A stretch of 64,000 nt of DNA. It comes from Acidobacteriota bacterium (lineage in GTDB: Bacteria; Acidobacteriota; UBA890; WLXD01). Shown piece after piece: positions 43,337-53,615 of the stretch. Both the position numbers and the translations under genes were made by a program. The notes beneath the pieces were generated by a model. That model was not told the DNA's origin and made no database searches. It saw only the letters and a program-made list of their open reading frames with translations. The stretch is from NCBI GenBank assembly GCA_965248695.1, contig CBDFKD010000002.1, positions 1,824,001 to 1,888,000 of the forward strand. The letters are read 5' to 3'. Position 1 is the first letter of the stretch; the number at the start of each line of letters is the position of its first letter.

Positions 43337-44641
43337 GTTTGCTGCCGAGCTTCTGGTAGCGCTCGTCTCGTCACTTCCGTCCGTCCCGTACACGTCGCGC
43401 AACCTCTCGGCGACATCGCGGCGGGCGATGAAGCCCAGGGACAGCTCACCGCCGAAGAGTCGACCAGCAATCCGACAAACATCCTCCCGCACGACCGCGT
43501 CGATGCCGTCGAGCACTCGCTCGAGATCGAAGACACGGCCGAAGTTGATCTCGGCCCGGGCCAATGCCGCCATGCGGCCCGACGTCCCTTCGAGGGAGAG
43601 CACGAGACTACCCTTGAGATGCGCTTTCACCCGTTCGAGCTCGTCGGCAGAGATCAGCTGTTCCTGCAAGCGGCGGGTCTCTTGGACAATCAGGCTCACG
43701 ACCTGTTCGACGTGTTGCGGTCGCGTTCCCGCCGATATCAACAAGTAGCCAGTGTCGGAATAGGCCGCCAGCGTCGAGTACACGCTATAGGCGAGGCCGC
43801 GTTCCTCCCGGATCGACTGGAAGAGACGTGACGACACCGTTCCACCAAGAAGCGCATTGAGAACCTGGACGCCGAAACGATCGGCGTGGCGTCCGGACGG
43901 TGCCTCGCAGGCGACGTACAGCTGCACTTGTTCGAGCTGTTCGCGCTCCAGCACGTGCACATGGGCGCATGCGCTCGGACGCTCACGCACGCTGGTCGAT
44001 GTTTCGGTGGCGCGTACCGTGAGTCGCTCAGCGATGAGACCTTGCATTTCCTCGTGCTCGAGGTTGCCCGCTGCCGTCACGACGATGTCGGCTGCCGCGA
44101 TGGCGTCGACGAAGCTGCGTAGGTCCTCCGTTTGCATCCGGGCGACGGTCTCGGGGGTACCGAGAATCGGCCTGCCCATCGGGTTGCCGGCCCAGAAACC
44201 GCGATGGAACGACTCGAAGAGGACATCCTCGGGATCATCCTGCGCCGAAGCGATCTCCTCGAGAATGACGCCGCGCTCGCGCTCCATCTCCTCCGCATCG
44301 AAGCGTGGATTGCAGATCAGGTCGGCCAGCAGATCGAACGCATCGGGCAGTCGCTCGTCGAGCACCTGGGCGTAGTAGCCCGCCAATTCGTGCGACGTGA
44401 AGGCGTCGAGCTGGCCCCCGATGGCGTCGATCTCGAAGGCGATGTCCCGGGCGTCGCGAGTTGAAGTTCCCTTGAACAGCATGTGCTCGACGAAGTGCGC
44501 CACACCGTTGTGGGACGCGGGCTCGTCGCGCGAGCCGCGCTTGACCCAGATGCCGATCGATGCCGACCGCACGGTCGGAATACGTTCGGTCAACAACGTC
44601 AAGCGGTTGTCGAAAATGGTCCGGCGAGATCTCGCCTTCAT
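43331..44641 (-). CDS. M16 (pitrilysin-family) zinc peptidase
   Basis: GSRDE, GVAHFVEHMLFKGT (HxxEH), SSRLFQSIREERGLAYSV; ATG at 44641 with a GGAG RBS. Confidence 0.93.
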   Translation of the reverse strand: MKARSRRTIFDNRLTLLTERIPTVRSASIGIWVKRGSRDEPASHNGVAHFVEHMLFKGTSTRDARDIAFEIDAIGGQLDAFTSHELAGYYAQVLDERLPDAFDLLADLICNPRFDAEEMERERGVILEEIASAQDDPEDVLFESFHRGFWAGNPMGRPILGTPETVARMQTEDLRSFVDAIAAADIVVTAAGNLEHEEMQGLIAERLTVRATETSTSVRERPSACAHVHVLEREQLEQVQLYVACEAPSGRHADRFGVQVLNALLGGTVSSRLFQSIREERGLAYSVYSTLAAYSDTGYLLISAGTRPQHVEQVVSLIVQETRRLQEQLISADELERVKAHLKGSLVLSLEGTSGRMAALARAEINFGRVFDLERVLDGIDAVVREDVCRIAGRLFGGELSLGFIARRDVAERLRDVYGTDGSDETSATRSSAANC

Positions 44642-44715
44642 GAGGCAATGTGCTCCTGACCGTGATTCGCAAAACGAGGGCCAGAGCCGGATTCTCGGCC
44701 GCCCGGGTCGGCCCG

Positions 44716-45273
44716 TCAATCGAGCCGGCGAGCTGCTTGTCCGGTAACCGCGAGCCGAGCGCGATGTTGGACGCTCGCGCGGCGAAACCATGCCGCAACG
44801 TCGACGTCAATTAGCTCACCCGGAGGTTCGCCGTGGGCCCGTGGCTCGCCCTCTGGCCCAACCACTCGTGACAGAGTGGCGGATGCACCCAAACCGAGCA
44901 CCGCCGCCCCCGGTAAGGAAGCCGATCCCACCGCGGGCGGCCAGCCGCCCCACGCAGGCGTCGGGAAGGCGGCAACCGGCACCGCCGCACCCGAGGCCTC
45001 GAGCACTCCATTGCGAACCCGCACCGGACGCGAGACGGTCGGCCGGGGCAACTGGCCGTTGCTGAGCGCGACGACCACCTGATGCACCACCGCGTCGGCC
45101 AGGGCGCGCGCTTGCACCAGGTCCGCACGATAAGACCGGGCCTCGTAGGAGGCCAGGGCTGCTGCCAGCATGAGCGCCGCGAGCATCGCCAGCGCCGCCG
45201 TGACCCCGGTGACGACGAGCAGCGCCGCGCCGCTGTCGGAAGGGTCTCTCACCTTCGCCCGGTCGTTGCCCAC
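44716..45273 (-). CDS. PilX/GspK-like minor pilin
   Basis: SG|AALLVV hydrophobic helix without E5, QARALAD; last gene of the minor-pilin set. Confidence 0.65.
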   Translation of the reverse strand: MGNDRAKVRDPSDSGAALLVVTGVTAALAMLAALMLAAALASYEARSYRADLVQARALADAVVHQVVVALSNGQLPRPTVSRPVRVRNGVLEASGAAVPVAAFPTPAWGGWPPAVGSASLPGAAVLGLGASATLSRVVGPEGEPRAHGEPPGELIDVDVAAWFRRASVQHRARLAVTGQAARRLD

Positions 45274-46056
45274 TGCACCGCCCGCACAAGCGTTCCGCCG
45301 CTATCGGCGGCACACTCGACCCGCGCTACAGCGATCTCGACCGGCAACCGTAGCTCCGTAGCCGACCACAGCGGCCGGCCACCCTCGGCCGCCGCGGCCA
45401 GCCCGAACGACAGATCGACACTCGCCAGGGAATCCGCCACTGGCTGCCAGCTGCCCCCGTCGTCGCGTCGCCGCAGCAACGTTCCTGTCGCTCCGCGCCG
45501 CAGGTCATAGGCACGAGACGACAGGGGCAGTAGCGCCCGCACCGGTCCGTGCTGCTCGAGAATGGCGAGCTGGCTGGCATTCCATCCCACCTCGACCAGC
45601 CGGCCAGCGGCGACCCGCGCCGAACTGACCACCGTTGCCAGCGGTGTCGACGGTGCCGTATCCGCGAGACCGACGGCGGCCACTCGCAGGCCTACAGCCA
45701 GCGCACCGGTGTCCGCGATTCGATAGGGTACGTGGCGTCAGCTGGTCCACCTCCACCGGAGCGGCCGCTCCCAGCATCATCGAGACGCCAGCGGCCGCCG
45801 GCTCGATCACACCGACGAGGCCGGTCGCGCCGAGCAACGGTACACGCGACTCCAACCCGCGCGCTGCGCGGCGCAGATCGCGCGCCAACTCGTGTGCACA
45901 GCGGTCAGCGCGCATCGCGGCATCGAGATGCGCCATCCGGTCGCGGACGATCCCGGCGCTGTTGACCAACAGACCGAGCACGCCCGCAGCCAACAGACCG
46001 GTGCAGGACGAGGCCACCAGCAGCTCAACGAGCGCATGCCCCCCGTGGCGCCTCAC
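45249..46056 (-). pseudogene. PilW-like minor pilin with a +1 frameshift near 45727
   Basis: GG|HALVELLVA prepilin motif and LARDLRRA. Removing one C from ACCCTAT joins ORFs 45505..46185 and 45249..45683. Confidence 0.65.
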
Positions 46057-46463
46057 CGAGCCACCAGCAGCCTCGCGCTGGCGATCGACTCGCCCTCCTC
46101 CGAGCGCGCCGCGACCCCGCACCACGCACGCACCCAGAGCCAATCCGGGGCGGTTCCGGGGAGCCGGTCGATCTGTCGCTCGCACTTGGTCACCATGGGC
46201 GGGTCGTCGACAGTACCTGGGAGACCATCGGGGCCAGGTGTCGATACGACCCGCCTACCGGTTGGATAGGCGACGCCGGGTGCGGGCGTCTGTGCCACCG
46301 CGCTGACTGCCTCGAGCGCAGCACGATGGTCGTCGGCCGCGCCGATCACGTCGATGCCGGCGGCCAGCACGCGGACAATGCCGAGCATGGCGATCGCCAG
46401 TACCAGAAGCGCGACCAGCACCTCGACGAGACTGAACCCACGTGCATGAACCGTCCGACTCAT
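46053..46463 (-). CDS. pilV: PilV-like minor pilin
   Basis: RG|FSLVEVLVALLVLAIAMLGI. Confidence 0.75.
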   Translation of the reverse strand: MSRTVHARGFSLVEVLVALLVLAIAMLGIVRVLAAGIDVIGAADDHRAALEAVSAVAQTPAPGVAYPTGRRVVSTPGPDGLPGTVDDPPMVTKCERQIDRLPGTAPDWLWVRAWCGVAARSEEGESIASARLLVAR

Positions 46464-46729
46464 GCACACGTGAGACGGGCGCGTCGCTGCAGCTTTCCTG
46501 CACCGCTGGCCACGGCACTGGGGGAAAGGCTAGGCGAGTAGAAGGTTCCGACCGACGACGCGAGGGCAGTAGATCCTCGGAGCTGCCCCTGCCCGCGCTC
46601 TCGAGCAGGATGCGGGTACCGACAGGCGCGCCCGAGGTGGGCGAAAAGCAAACCCGGGTGGAAGTGATTCGTGGGCCCGACGGCGGCAGGAGGGTGCGCC
46701 GCCGCCGGGCTCCACGACCCGCTAATGCA

Positions 46730-47251
46730 CTAGTACGCGTAGCTGTGGTGAGTTACCTGCACCCTGCCGGTGGCCCGATTGACGGTTACCGTAAACACAT
46801 CGCCGAGCGAGTTGGACAGGTAGACCTCGTCGTCGTTCGCAGTGCTGTCGTTGAGGCTACCGTCGGAGTGGAAGACGAGCTCGTCGTCGGGCATGTCTAC
46901 CGGATCGTCTTCGCCCGAGTAGACCACTCCCATCGGGAGATTGCGGGCCTGCGGATCAAGCAGCGTTCCGCAGCTCGGCGAGCCCTGGTAGAGGGCGTAT
47001 GTGCCCGCACCGACGTCGAAGTCGATCGAGAAGTCGGTGTTCTGGCTCACCGCCCGCATGCGCTGTAGCTGGATCGCGGCAGCGATCTCCTGTGCGGCCG
47101 TGCGCACCCGATAGCGCTCCAGCCATTCCTGCATCGTTGGCAAGCCGATCATCGCCATGAGCCCGATCACCGCCATCGTGACGGTGAGCTCGATCAGCGA
47201 GAAGCCGCGTTCGACCCGGCGCCTCCCGTTCACTGCACGTAGTTTCCCCAT
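46730..47251 (-). CDS. FimT/FimU (GspH-like) minor pilin
   Basis: RG|FSLIELTVTMAVIG, RMRAVSQN, VFHSDG, TGRV; GGAGG RBS. Confidence 0.85.
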   Translation of the reverse strand: MGKLRAVNGRRRVERGFSLIELTVTMAVIGLMAMIGLPTMQEWLERYRVRTAAQEIAAAIQLQRMRAVSQNTDFSIDFDVGAGTYALYQGSPSCGTLLDPQARNLPMGVVYSGEDDPVDMPDDELVFHSDGSLNDSTANDDEVYLSNSLGDVFTVTVNRATGRVQVTHHSYAY

Positions 47252-47537
47252 CGTCGCTACCCCCCTCCAGGAGAAATCGAGGCCGGACCCGGTTCCGGGT
47301 CACTCGCACCTCGTCTTCTTGTTAGGGCGCAGTCTAGGGACGCGCAGCCCTGACCTGGCAGCCCGTTCGCGGCCTCGCGGGGATGTCCCCGGTCAGCGGC
47401 GTCACAGGCGCGGAAGCGACAGGTCGAGCGCGGCTAGTGCCGTCCGTGCCGGGTCGCCCATCGTCATCGTTGGCCAGCCGCGGCCAGCGTTCGGGTCGAG
47501 CGAGTCGGTCTGGCGACGAACGGTAGCCGGGTTCCTC

Positions 47538-48326
47538 TTAGGGGGTAACGCCGAACGTTCGCCAATACCAGGCGAAAATCTCGGCGGCACGGTAGCTGAC
47601 CAACACGGCAGCGGCGGCCAGGAAGGTCCCGAACGGGAGCGCGTATTCCCAGCCCTTGCGCGAGAGGGTGATGAACAACGCACCCACGACGCTGCCCAAG
47701 AGGGAGCCGATGAAGATCGTCATGAGCGCTCCCTGCCAGCCCAGAAACGCTCCGACCAGGAGCATCATCTTGACATCACCCATGCCCATACCCTCACGGC
47801 CGCGCGCCTTGAGATAGACGAAAGCAACGAGATACAGCAGGCCGGCGCCGGCCACTGCACCGATCAGCGAGTCCTGCCACGCCACCCGCGCATCCACGAA
47901 GGACAGCAGGACCCCGACCACGGCGCCGGGAATAGTGATCACGTTGGGCAGAATTCGATGATCGACGTCGATGAGCGCCAAGGCGAGCATCAGGTAGGCG
48001 AACAAAGCCGTCGAGGCTGCGCTGGCGCTGAGGCCCCAGAACCAGAACGAAGAGGCCAGGATGACTCCACCCAGCAGCTCGACCATCGGGTAGCGCCACG
48101 GGATGGCCTCGCCACAGGTGGAACACTTGCCGCGCAGGAGTAGATAGGACAGCAACGGCAGGTTCTGGTACCAGTGGATAGGCGCGCCGCAGGCGGGGCA
48201 AAACGATCGACGCAGCAGGTCGACGCCGATCGGTACGCGGTAGACGAACGCGTTGAGGAACGATCCGAAGGCCAAGCCGAGGACAAACGCGATCCCGGTA
48301 TCGAAGAATTCTGGTCGCATCTCCAA
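47538..48326 (-). CDS. pilD: Prepilin peptidase / N-methyltransferase
   Basis: GSFLN, SFCPAC, GKCSTC, IDVDHRILP, GMGMGDVKM, PFGTFL. Confidence 0.95.
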   Translation of the reverse strand: MEMRPEFFDTGIAFVLGLAFGSFLNAFVYRVPIGVDLLRRSFCPACGAPIHWYQNLPLLSYLLLRGKCSTCGEAIPWRYPMVELLGGVILASSFWFWGLSASAASTALFAYLMLALALIDVDHRILPNVITIPGAVVGVLLSFVDARVAWQDSLIGAVAGAGLLYLVAFVYLKARGREGMGMGDVKMMLLVGAFLGWQGALMTIFIGSLLGSVVGALFITLSRKGWEYALPFGTFLAAAAVLVSYRAAEIFAWYWRTFGVTP

Positions 48327-48353
48327 CCCTCTTGCTGATCTCGCGTAGCGGTG

Positions 48354-49226
48354 CTAGCGACGGGCCCGCGACGAACCCTCTCGCGGATCGCTGACGGTTC
48401 CCGTGACCGGGTCATAGGTGTACGGCTCGCCTGTCGGCGACGATGGCACCGACGCCAGGTATCCCTGGCTGCGTAGCGCATCGAGCACCCGAGGTGGTCG
48501 CCCGCGCTCACCTCGGAACCGTGTCACCGCGCCCTGCAACTGCTCGAAGTCGAGCTCGATCTTGAGGTCGTATACGTGCTGCCAAGAGGTCGCCGCGATC
48601 TCGTCGTCACCCGTGGCGACGGCCTCGCCGTACAGATCCATCCAGAGCGCCAGGGCAGCCTGACGATCGCCCGAGAGCTCTGCCATGCCGGCACGGATGC
48701 GACCCAGGATTGCGGGGGTGCCGGGGATCTCCAGGGCACGATCGAAGTAGCCAGCAGCGCGCTCGTAGTCGTCCAGCGAGATCCAAGCGTAGTGACCGGC
48801 TTCCACCAGGTAGATCCACTCGCCCGGATTCCTGTCGGCCCCCTTGTCAAGCAATCGAAGCGCCAGCTCGGCGTCGCCCATGTCGACCGCCATGACCAGC
48901 GCGCCGGTCAAGTAGGCGTCCTGGTAGCGCGGGTCGAGGTCGGTGATTACATCGTAGATGCGCCACAGGTGACGCCGCCCTTCCATGCTCCGATGATGCC
49001 CGTAGTATTGGATGCTCCACAGGTAGAGCGCATCGGCGAGCGCCGTCTGGAATCCCAGACTGGCGGCATCGAGATACTGCCCGGTGGGCAGGAAGAGCAG
49101 CGCTTCGGGCTCAGACCAGCGCGCGCGTCGGTAATCGATCGACACTTGCGGCATGACCCAGCCACCAAGACAGGTGAGCAGCAGGGCCCAAAGGCCAGCC
49201 GTAGCGAGGGAGCTCCGCCGGTTCAT
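48354..49226 (-). CDS. Membrane-anchored TPR-like pilus accessory protein (Myxococcus PilG-like) with a GspG-like C-terminus
   Basis: N-terminal TM, ADALYLWSIQYYG, ITDLDPRY, TPR-like helices; ATGA overlap with the permease. Confidence 0.65.
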   Translation of the reverse strand: MNRRSSLATAGLWALLLTCLGGWVMPQVSIDYRRARWSEPEALLFLPTGQYLDAASLGFQTALADALYLWSIQYYGHHRSMEGRRHLWRIYDVITDLDPRYQDAYLTGALVMAVDMGDAELALRLLDKGADRNPGEWIYLVEAGHYAWISLDDYERAAGYFDRALEIPGTPAILGRIRAGMAELSGDRQAALALWMDLYGEAVATGDDEIAATSWQHVYDLKIELDFEQLQGAVTRFRGERGRPPRVLDALRSQGYLASVPSSPTGEPYTYDPVTGTVSDPREGSSRARR

Positions 49227-49993
49227 GTCAGGTCTCGACGGCGGAACAACAATGCTGCGAGAACAAGCATGCCGATGGTGTAAGCGCCGGCGTAGCCGAT
49301 CGCGTCGAGCAAGTAGCCGGTCCCGATGGGCAACTCGTGCACCACGCGGCTGCGGACATTGAACGTCTCCAGATCCGGAAGCGTGTAGTAGAGCGCGCTT
49401 ACCAAGATCCGAGCCGCGGTGCCGGGAACGAAGTCGAGGAGCGTGTTGAAGGCCCACGAGAGGTGGCCGACGACGTACACGGCAACGGTGAACAACGCGG
49501 CCAGCATCGGTGTCGTGAAGCTCGAAAAAACCAGCGCAACGGCGGTGACGATCGATAGCTCTACGTAGCTGAGCACTACCGCCGGAAGCAGATGCGAGGG
49601 GAAGCTGCCGCTCTTCCACCACACCAGCCCCAGGTAGAACACCGCCATCAGCCCTACGACGACGGCAAGCGTCAGCATCAACCCGAAGTACTTGCCGACG
49701 AGAAACTGCCATCGTGGTAGCGGCTTCGCGAGGACGGCGTAGATGGTGCGTTTCTCCACTTCTTTGTGCACCAGCATGATGCCGATGAAGATGGCGATCA
49801 CCGTACCGAACAGCGCCAGCGCGGCGAGGCCGAGATCCGTGACGATCTTCAGCTCGCTACCCACGGTGAGCAGGGAAAGGACGGTCGACGAGGCCATCAG
49901 AAGCAATGCGAAGGCCATGAACATGACCAGGATGCGATCGCGGATCGCCTCGCGGTACGTATTCACGGCGATCGCCGCAACGCGATCGATCAT
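49223..49993 (-). CDS. ABC transporter permease (PilI-like)
   Basis: IAVNTYREAIRDR, KEVEKRTIY, QFLVGKYFG, ends FRRRDL. Confidence 0.88.
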   Translation of the reverse strand: MIDRVAAIAVNTYREAIRDRILVMFMAFALLLMASSTVLSLLTVGSELKIVTDLGLAALALFGTVIAIFIGIMLVHKEVEKRTIYAVLAKPLPRWQFLVGKYFGLMLTLAVVVGLMAVFYLGLVWWKSGSFPSHLLPAVVLSYVELSIVTAVALVFSSFTTPMLAALFTVAVYVVGHLSWAFNTLLDFVPGTAARILVSALYYTLPDLETFNVRSRVVHELPIGTGYLLDAIGYAGAYTIGMLVLAALLFRRRDLT

Positions 49994-51042
49994 CGCCCGC
50001 CTCCGGCCACTGCCCGCGGTGGCTCGACGGTCATGTCCGCCTGGCCGATGTCGCGAATGGCCGGCCGACTAGCTGCGGTCGGCCCGGACCGGCGCTCGGG
50101 CTCCGCCGCAGATCCATCCGAGGATGCCGACTGTCGACCGCGTACCGTAGCGACGAAATACTCTTCGAGCGTTGCACGGTGCGGTGCTACTTGGACGATT
50201 CGACCGCCGGCCGCGCGGACGGCATCAACCCAGTCGTCGAGCCGTTGTGCGTCATCGAAGCGATAGCTCATGCGCCCGCCTTGCCGGGTACGGTGATCGA
50301 ACCCGGTCAGCGCATCGCCGGGTATCCCCTCACAAGCGGTGTCCCAGTGGCGTACCCGATCCTCGAGCAAGTCCTGCACGGGGCTCTCGCTCAGGATCCG
50401 GCCGTCGAACAACAGCCCGATTCGGTCGCACAAGGCCTCGGCGTCGGCGAGTATGTGACTCGAAAAAAAGACCGTGGTCCCCTGTTCCTTGAGCCCGAGA
50501 ATGATGTCCCGGATGTCGCGTCGCCCGATGGGATCGAGCCCGGACATCGGCTCATCCAGGATGACCAGCTCCGGATCGTTGATCAACGCCTGCGCCAACC
50601 CGATGCGCTGCAACATTCCCTTGGAGTACTGCCGGATCGGGGTGTCGGCCTTGGCGCCCATGCCGACTCGCTCGAGCAGAGCCGCAGTGCGCTGCAGCCG
50701 TACCGCTCGCGGTACTCCGAACAGCCTCCCGAAGTAGTCGACCAGCTCACGGCCCGTGAGGTGCGCGTAGAAGTAGGGTTGTTCCGGCAAGTAGCCGAGC
50801 TTCTGGCGCGCCGCGGGTACCGAGCCATCGCGACCGAAGATCTGGATGGTGCCACGGTCAGGCGTCAGCAAGCCGAGCAAGCACTTCATCGAAGTCGTCT
50901 TGCCGGCACCGTTCGGTCCCAGGAAGCCGTAGATCTCGCCGCGCTCCACCTGCAGCGAGACATCACGGAGCACCGGCTTGTGGCGCAGCCAGAAGCCATG
51001 CGGAAGCGACTTGGCTACGGCGTCGAACCGTACGATCGGCAT
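49990..51042 (-). CDS. ABC transporter ATP-binding protein (PilH-like)
   Basis: GPNGAGKTT, YSKGM signature, ILDEP, SSH. Confidence 0.93.
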   Translation of the reverse strand: MPIVRFDAVAKSLPHGFWLRHKPVLRDVSLQVERGEIYGFLGPNGAGKTTSMKCLLGLLTPDRGTIQIFGRDGSVPAARQKLGYLPEQPYFYAHLTGRELVDYFGRLFGVPRAVRLQRTAALLERVGMGAKADTPIRQYSKGMLQRIGLAQALINDPELVILDEPMSGLDPIGRRDIRDIILGLKEQGTTVFFSSHILADAEALCDRIGLLFDGRILSESPVQDLLEDRVRHWDTACEGIPGDALTGFDHRTRQGGRMSYRFDDAQRLDDWVDAVRAAGGRIVQVAPHRATLEEYFVATVRGRQSASSDGSAAEPERRSGPTAASRPAIRDIGQADMTVEPPRAVAGGGR

Positions 51043-51191
51043 GGATCACCCCATCACGTCAGCAAGTGGCTGGCAGCCGTTGCAGGTGAGTACACGGCAG
51101 GCAGTCATCTGTGCTGCTGCGGACACACCTTTGGTGCCCCCTCATGCTCCGCAGCCACCTTCGCCCACCCAAAGGTTATCAAACCAACAAC

Positions 51192-51230
51192 AAAAAAACC
51201 GAGCCCCCGTCGGTGTTCCGACGAGGGCTC
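51192..51230 (-). terminator. Intrinsic terminator after the major pilin gene
   Basis: CGAGCCCTCGTCGG-AACA-CCGACGGGGGCTCG followed by a T7 tract on the minus strand. Confidence 0.88.
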
Positions 51231-51259
51231 GATTGGCCTAGCGCCTACTTGTTTGGCGA

Positions 51260-51688
51260 TTACTGACCGGTCGGGGCCTGAGTGAACTGGCCGTTGGTCA
51301 GCTCCAGGTCGACGTCGTAGGGATCGTTGATCCACGGGCTCGGCGCTGCCGGGCCGTCTGCGGCGTCAGAAGCATAGGACTCGAGGCTGTACGAACCGCT
51401 CGCAGTGCTGTACTGGAACGCGTTCGCCCAGGCATCGTTCGTCGGGACAACCTGCATGTAGGTGGGCTGCAGGTCGGAAAGCGCCGACGCGTACGCACCC
51501 TGGTCCACACGGTAGGTACCGTTGGCGGTGGCGATGTTGCGCATGTCAGCCATCGTGCGGCGCTGGCGGCCACGATCGATAGCGTCGAGCAGCTGCGGAA
51601 CCGCGATCGTAGCGATGATGCCGATGATCGCGACGACGATCAGCAACTCGATCAGCGAGAAGCCAGCCTCGTTGCGCTTGAAGTTCAT
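51260..51688 (-). CDS. pilA: Probable major pilin with a GspG-like globular domain
   Basis: AGGAGG RBS, AG|FSLIELLIVVAIIGIIATIAVP. It has its own sigma54 promoter and terminator and lies directly after pilSR. Confidence 0.78.
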   Translation of the reverse strand: MNFKRNEAGFSLIELLIVVAIIGIIATIAVPQLLDAIDRGRQRRTMADMRNIATANGTYRVDQGAYASALSDLQPTYMQVVPTNDAWANAFQYSTASGSYSLESYASDAADGPAAPSPWINDPYDVDLELTNGQFTQAPTGQ

Positions 51689-51733
51689 GATGTTCCTCCT
51701 GGGGCTGCAACCCCGTTGCGGGCCCCAAGGTCC

Positions 51734-51749
51734 AGCATCTGCCATGCCA
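51734..51749 (-). promoter_or_regulatory. Sigma54 promoter of the pilin gene
   Basis: TGGCAT-GGCAG-ATGCT (GG-N10-GC). Confidence 0.75.
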
Positions 51750-52010
51750 GCCTCTTGTGAACCCTTCCAATCATCTGTGCACGATGATTGAGCAACAGGC
51801 GTGCGAAAAGTCTTTATAAGTATGAATTCATCGTTAAAACTCATGAAAACACGTTATGTGATAGATACAACCAGCTCATAAGTTGTTGCCTCCAAGGGAT
51901 TTATGATATTTTCTGTCTTTTGATAACTAATACTGTCTCTTATGATCTTACAGAGTCTCTAGCATTGGTTTCCTATTCTATGAAGACAATTGATAACAGA
52001 TAACGTCCAT

Positions 52011-52051
52011 GTGTCAGGAATTGGCGCCCCTTCAGTGACAATTCGTGTCAC
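52011..52051. promoter_or_regulatory. Candidate PilR binding sites
   Basis: Perfect GTGACA-N5-TGTCAC (52035-52051) and a weaker copy GTGTCA-N5-TGGCGC (52011-52027). Confidence 0.55.
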
Positions 52052-53511
52052 TCCGCGGTGGGCTCGTCGAACACGAATTTCTTGGCGTAGTACCGAAACG
52101 ATCGAAATGACATCCCGAGGAGCTTTGCGGCGCGAGTTTGCACCCCGTCGCTTTGGCTGAGCGCCGCGCGCATGTAGTCGCGCTTGATCTGGTCGAGACG
52201 CGCCTCCAGGTCGATCCCCTCTTCGGGGATAGCTGCGCGGCCGCCGGAGCCCGTTGCGATGGACTCGTCGCCAACCGCCATGTCCTCCGGTGGCGCCTGG
52301 CCGGTGACCGTTGGCGGCAGGCTCGTTGTCTGCACGGTGTCCGTGGGCTCCATGGTGATAGCGTGACGCACCGCATTCACCAACTCGCGCACGTTGCCCG
52401 GCCAGCTGTACGCGCGCAGTGCGTGCCTGACTTCAGGAGCGAACGCGTTGACCGGACCCCCGATCTCCGCAGCCAGCCGCTCGATATAGTGATCGGCGAG
52501 CAGCAGAACCTCATCAGGGCGTCGACGCAGCGGTGGCAGATCGATTTGGATCACGTTGAGCCGGTAGTAGAGGTCTTCGCGGAACCTGCCGTCCATGAAC
52601 GCCGCACCCAGGTTCTGATTGGTGGCCGCGAGCACTCGGACGTCGACCGGCGTGTCGCGTGTCGATCCGACCCGACGTACCTTCCGATCCTCCAGAACAC
52701 GTAGCAGCTTGGGTTGCATCTCGAGCGGCATATCGCCGATCTCATCGAGCAGGATCGTGCCGCCGTTCGCCGCCTCGAACAGACCTTCCTTGTGCCGGTC
52801 GGCCCCGGTGAACGCCCCCTTTACGTGGCCGAACAGCTCGCTTTCAAGAAGGTGCGCCGGCAGGGCGGCGCAATTGACGGCAACGAACGGCGCCTCGCGA
52901 CGTTGGCCGTTGTAGTGGATGGCGCGAGCCACCAACTCCTTGCCCGTACTGCTCTCGCCGCTGATCAGGACCGTAGACGTCGAATCCTTCACACGGCGGA
53001 TGAGCTCGAAGACCCGGTGCATCTCCGGCGAGTCGCCGATGAGATTCTCGAAACCGTGTCGCTCGCTGAGCTCGTCACGCAGCAGGACGTTCTCGCGCAA
53101 TAGCGCTTGTTGCTCGAGCGCATGACGCACGGTGACTTTGAGCTCCTCGACATCGAAAGGCTTGGTCACGTAGTCGTAGGCACCCAACCGAACAGCCTCG
53201 ATAGCTGAGTCGGTGCTCGCATGGGCGGTGATCAGGATCACCTCGGTAACCGGCGATTGCTCGCGTACGTAGCGCAACAACTCCATGCCATTCATGCCCG
53301 GCATACGGATATCCGACACGACCACGTCGACCGGCTTCTTTCCAAGAAGGGCGAGAGCCGCCTCGCCGTCAGGCGCCGAGTGCACTTGCCACCCTTCATC
53401 ACCTAGGGCGATCGAGAGCATTTCGCGCATACTCGATTCGTCGTCAACAATCAGCACCCGATCCAAGCGGCGGTCCTCCGAATAGATGGCCGGGGCTACT
53501 GAGGGCGTCAC
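52048..53511 (-). CDS. pilR: PilR-like sigma54 response regulator
   Basis: [20 protein letters not shown] with GMSFRSFRY typical of PilR. Confidence 0.88.
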   Translation of the reverse strand: MTPSVAPAIYSEDRRLDRVLIVDDESSMREMLSIALGDEGWQVHSAPDGEAALALLGKKPVDVVVSDIRMPGMNGMELLRYVREQSPVTEVILITAHASTDSAIEAVRLGAYDYVTKPFDVEELKVTVRHALEQQALLRENVLLRDELSERHGFENLIGDSPEMHRVFELIRRVKDSTSTVLISGESSTGKELVARAIHYNGQRREAPFVAVNCAALPAHLLESELFGHVKGAFTGADRHKEGLFEAANGGTILLDEIGDMPLEMQPKLLRVLEDRKVRRVGSTRDTPVDVRVLAATNQNLGAAFMDGRFREDLYYRLNVIQIDLPPLRRRPDEVLLLADHYIERLAAEIGGPVNAFAPEVRHALRAYSWPGNVRELVNAVRHAITMEPTDTVQTTSLPPTVTGQAPPEDMAVGDESIATGSGGRAAIPEEGIDLEARLDQIKRDYMRAALSQSDGVQTRAAKLLGMSFRSFRYYAKKFVFDEPTAE

Positions 53512-53615
53512 CCTGTGGCCGGTGCGCCTGCAGGCCCCATCAACATATACGTAGACGGTCGCCTCACCGGCCAGTGCGGCGACCAGTACCGATACTGTTC
53601 GACGTCAGGCGCCGA

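Noticed and set aside
51260-51688. Electrically conductive (Geobacter-type) pilin
   Set aside because: No aromatic residue between F1 and Y50 of the mature protein, so the positions typical of e-pilins are missing.
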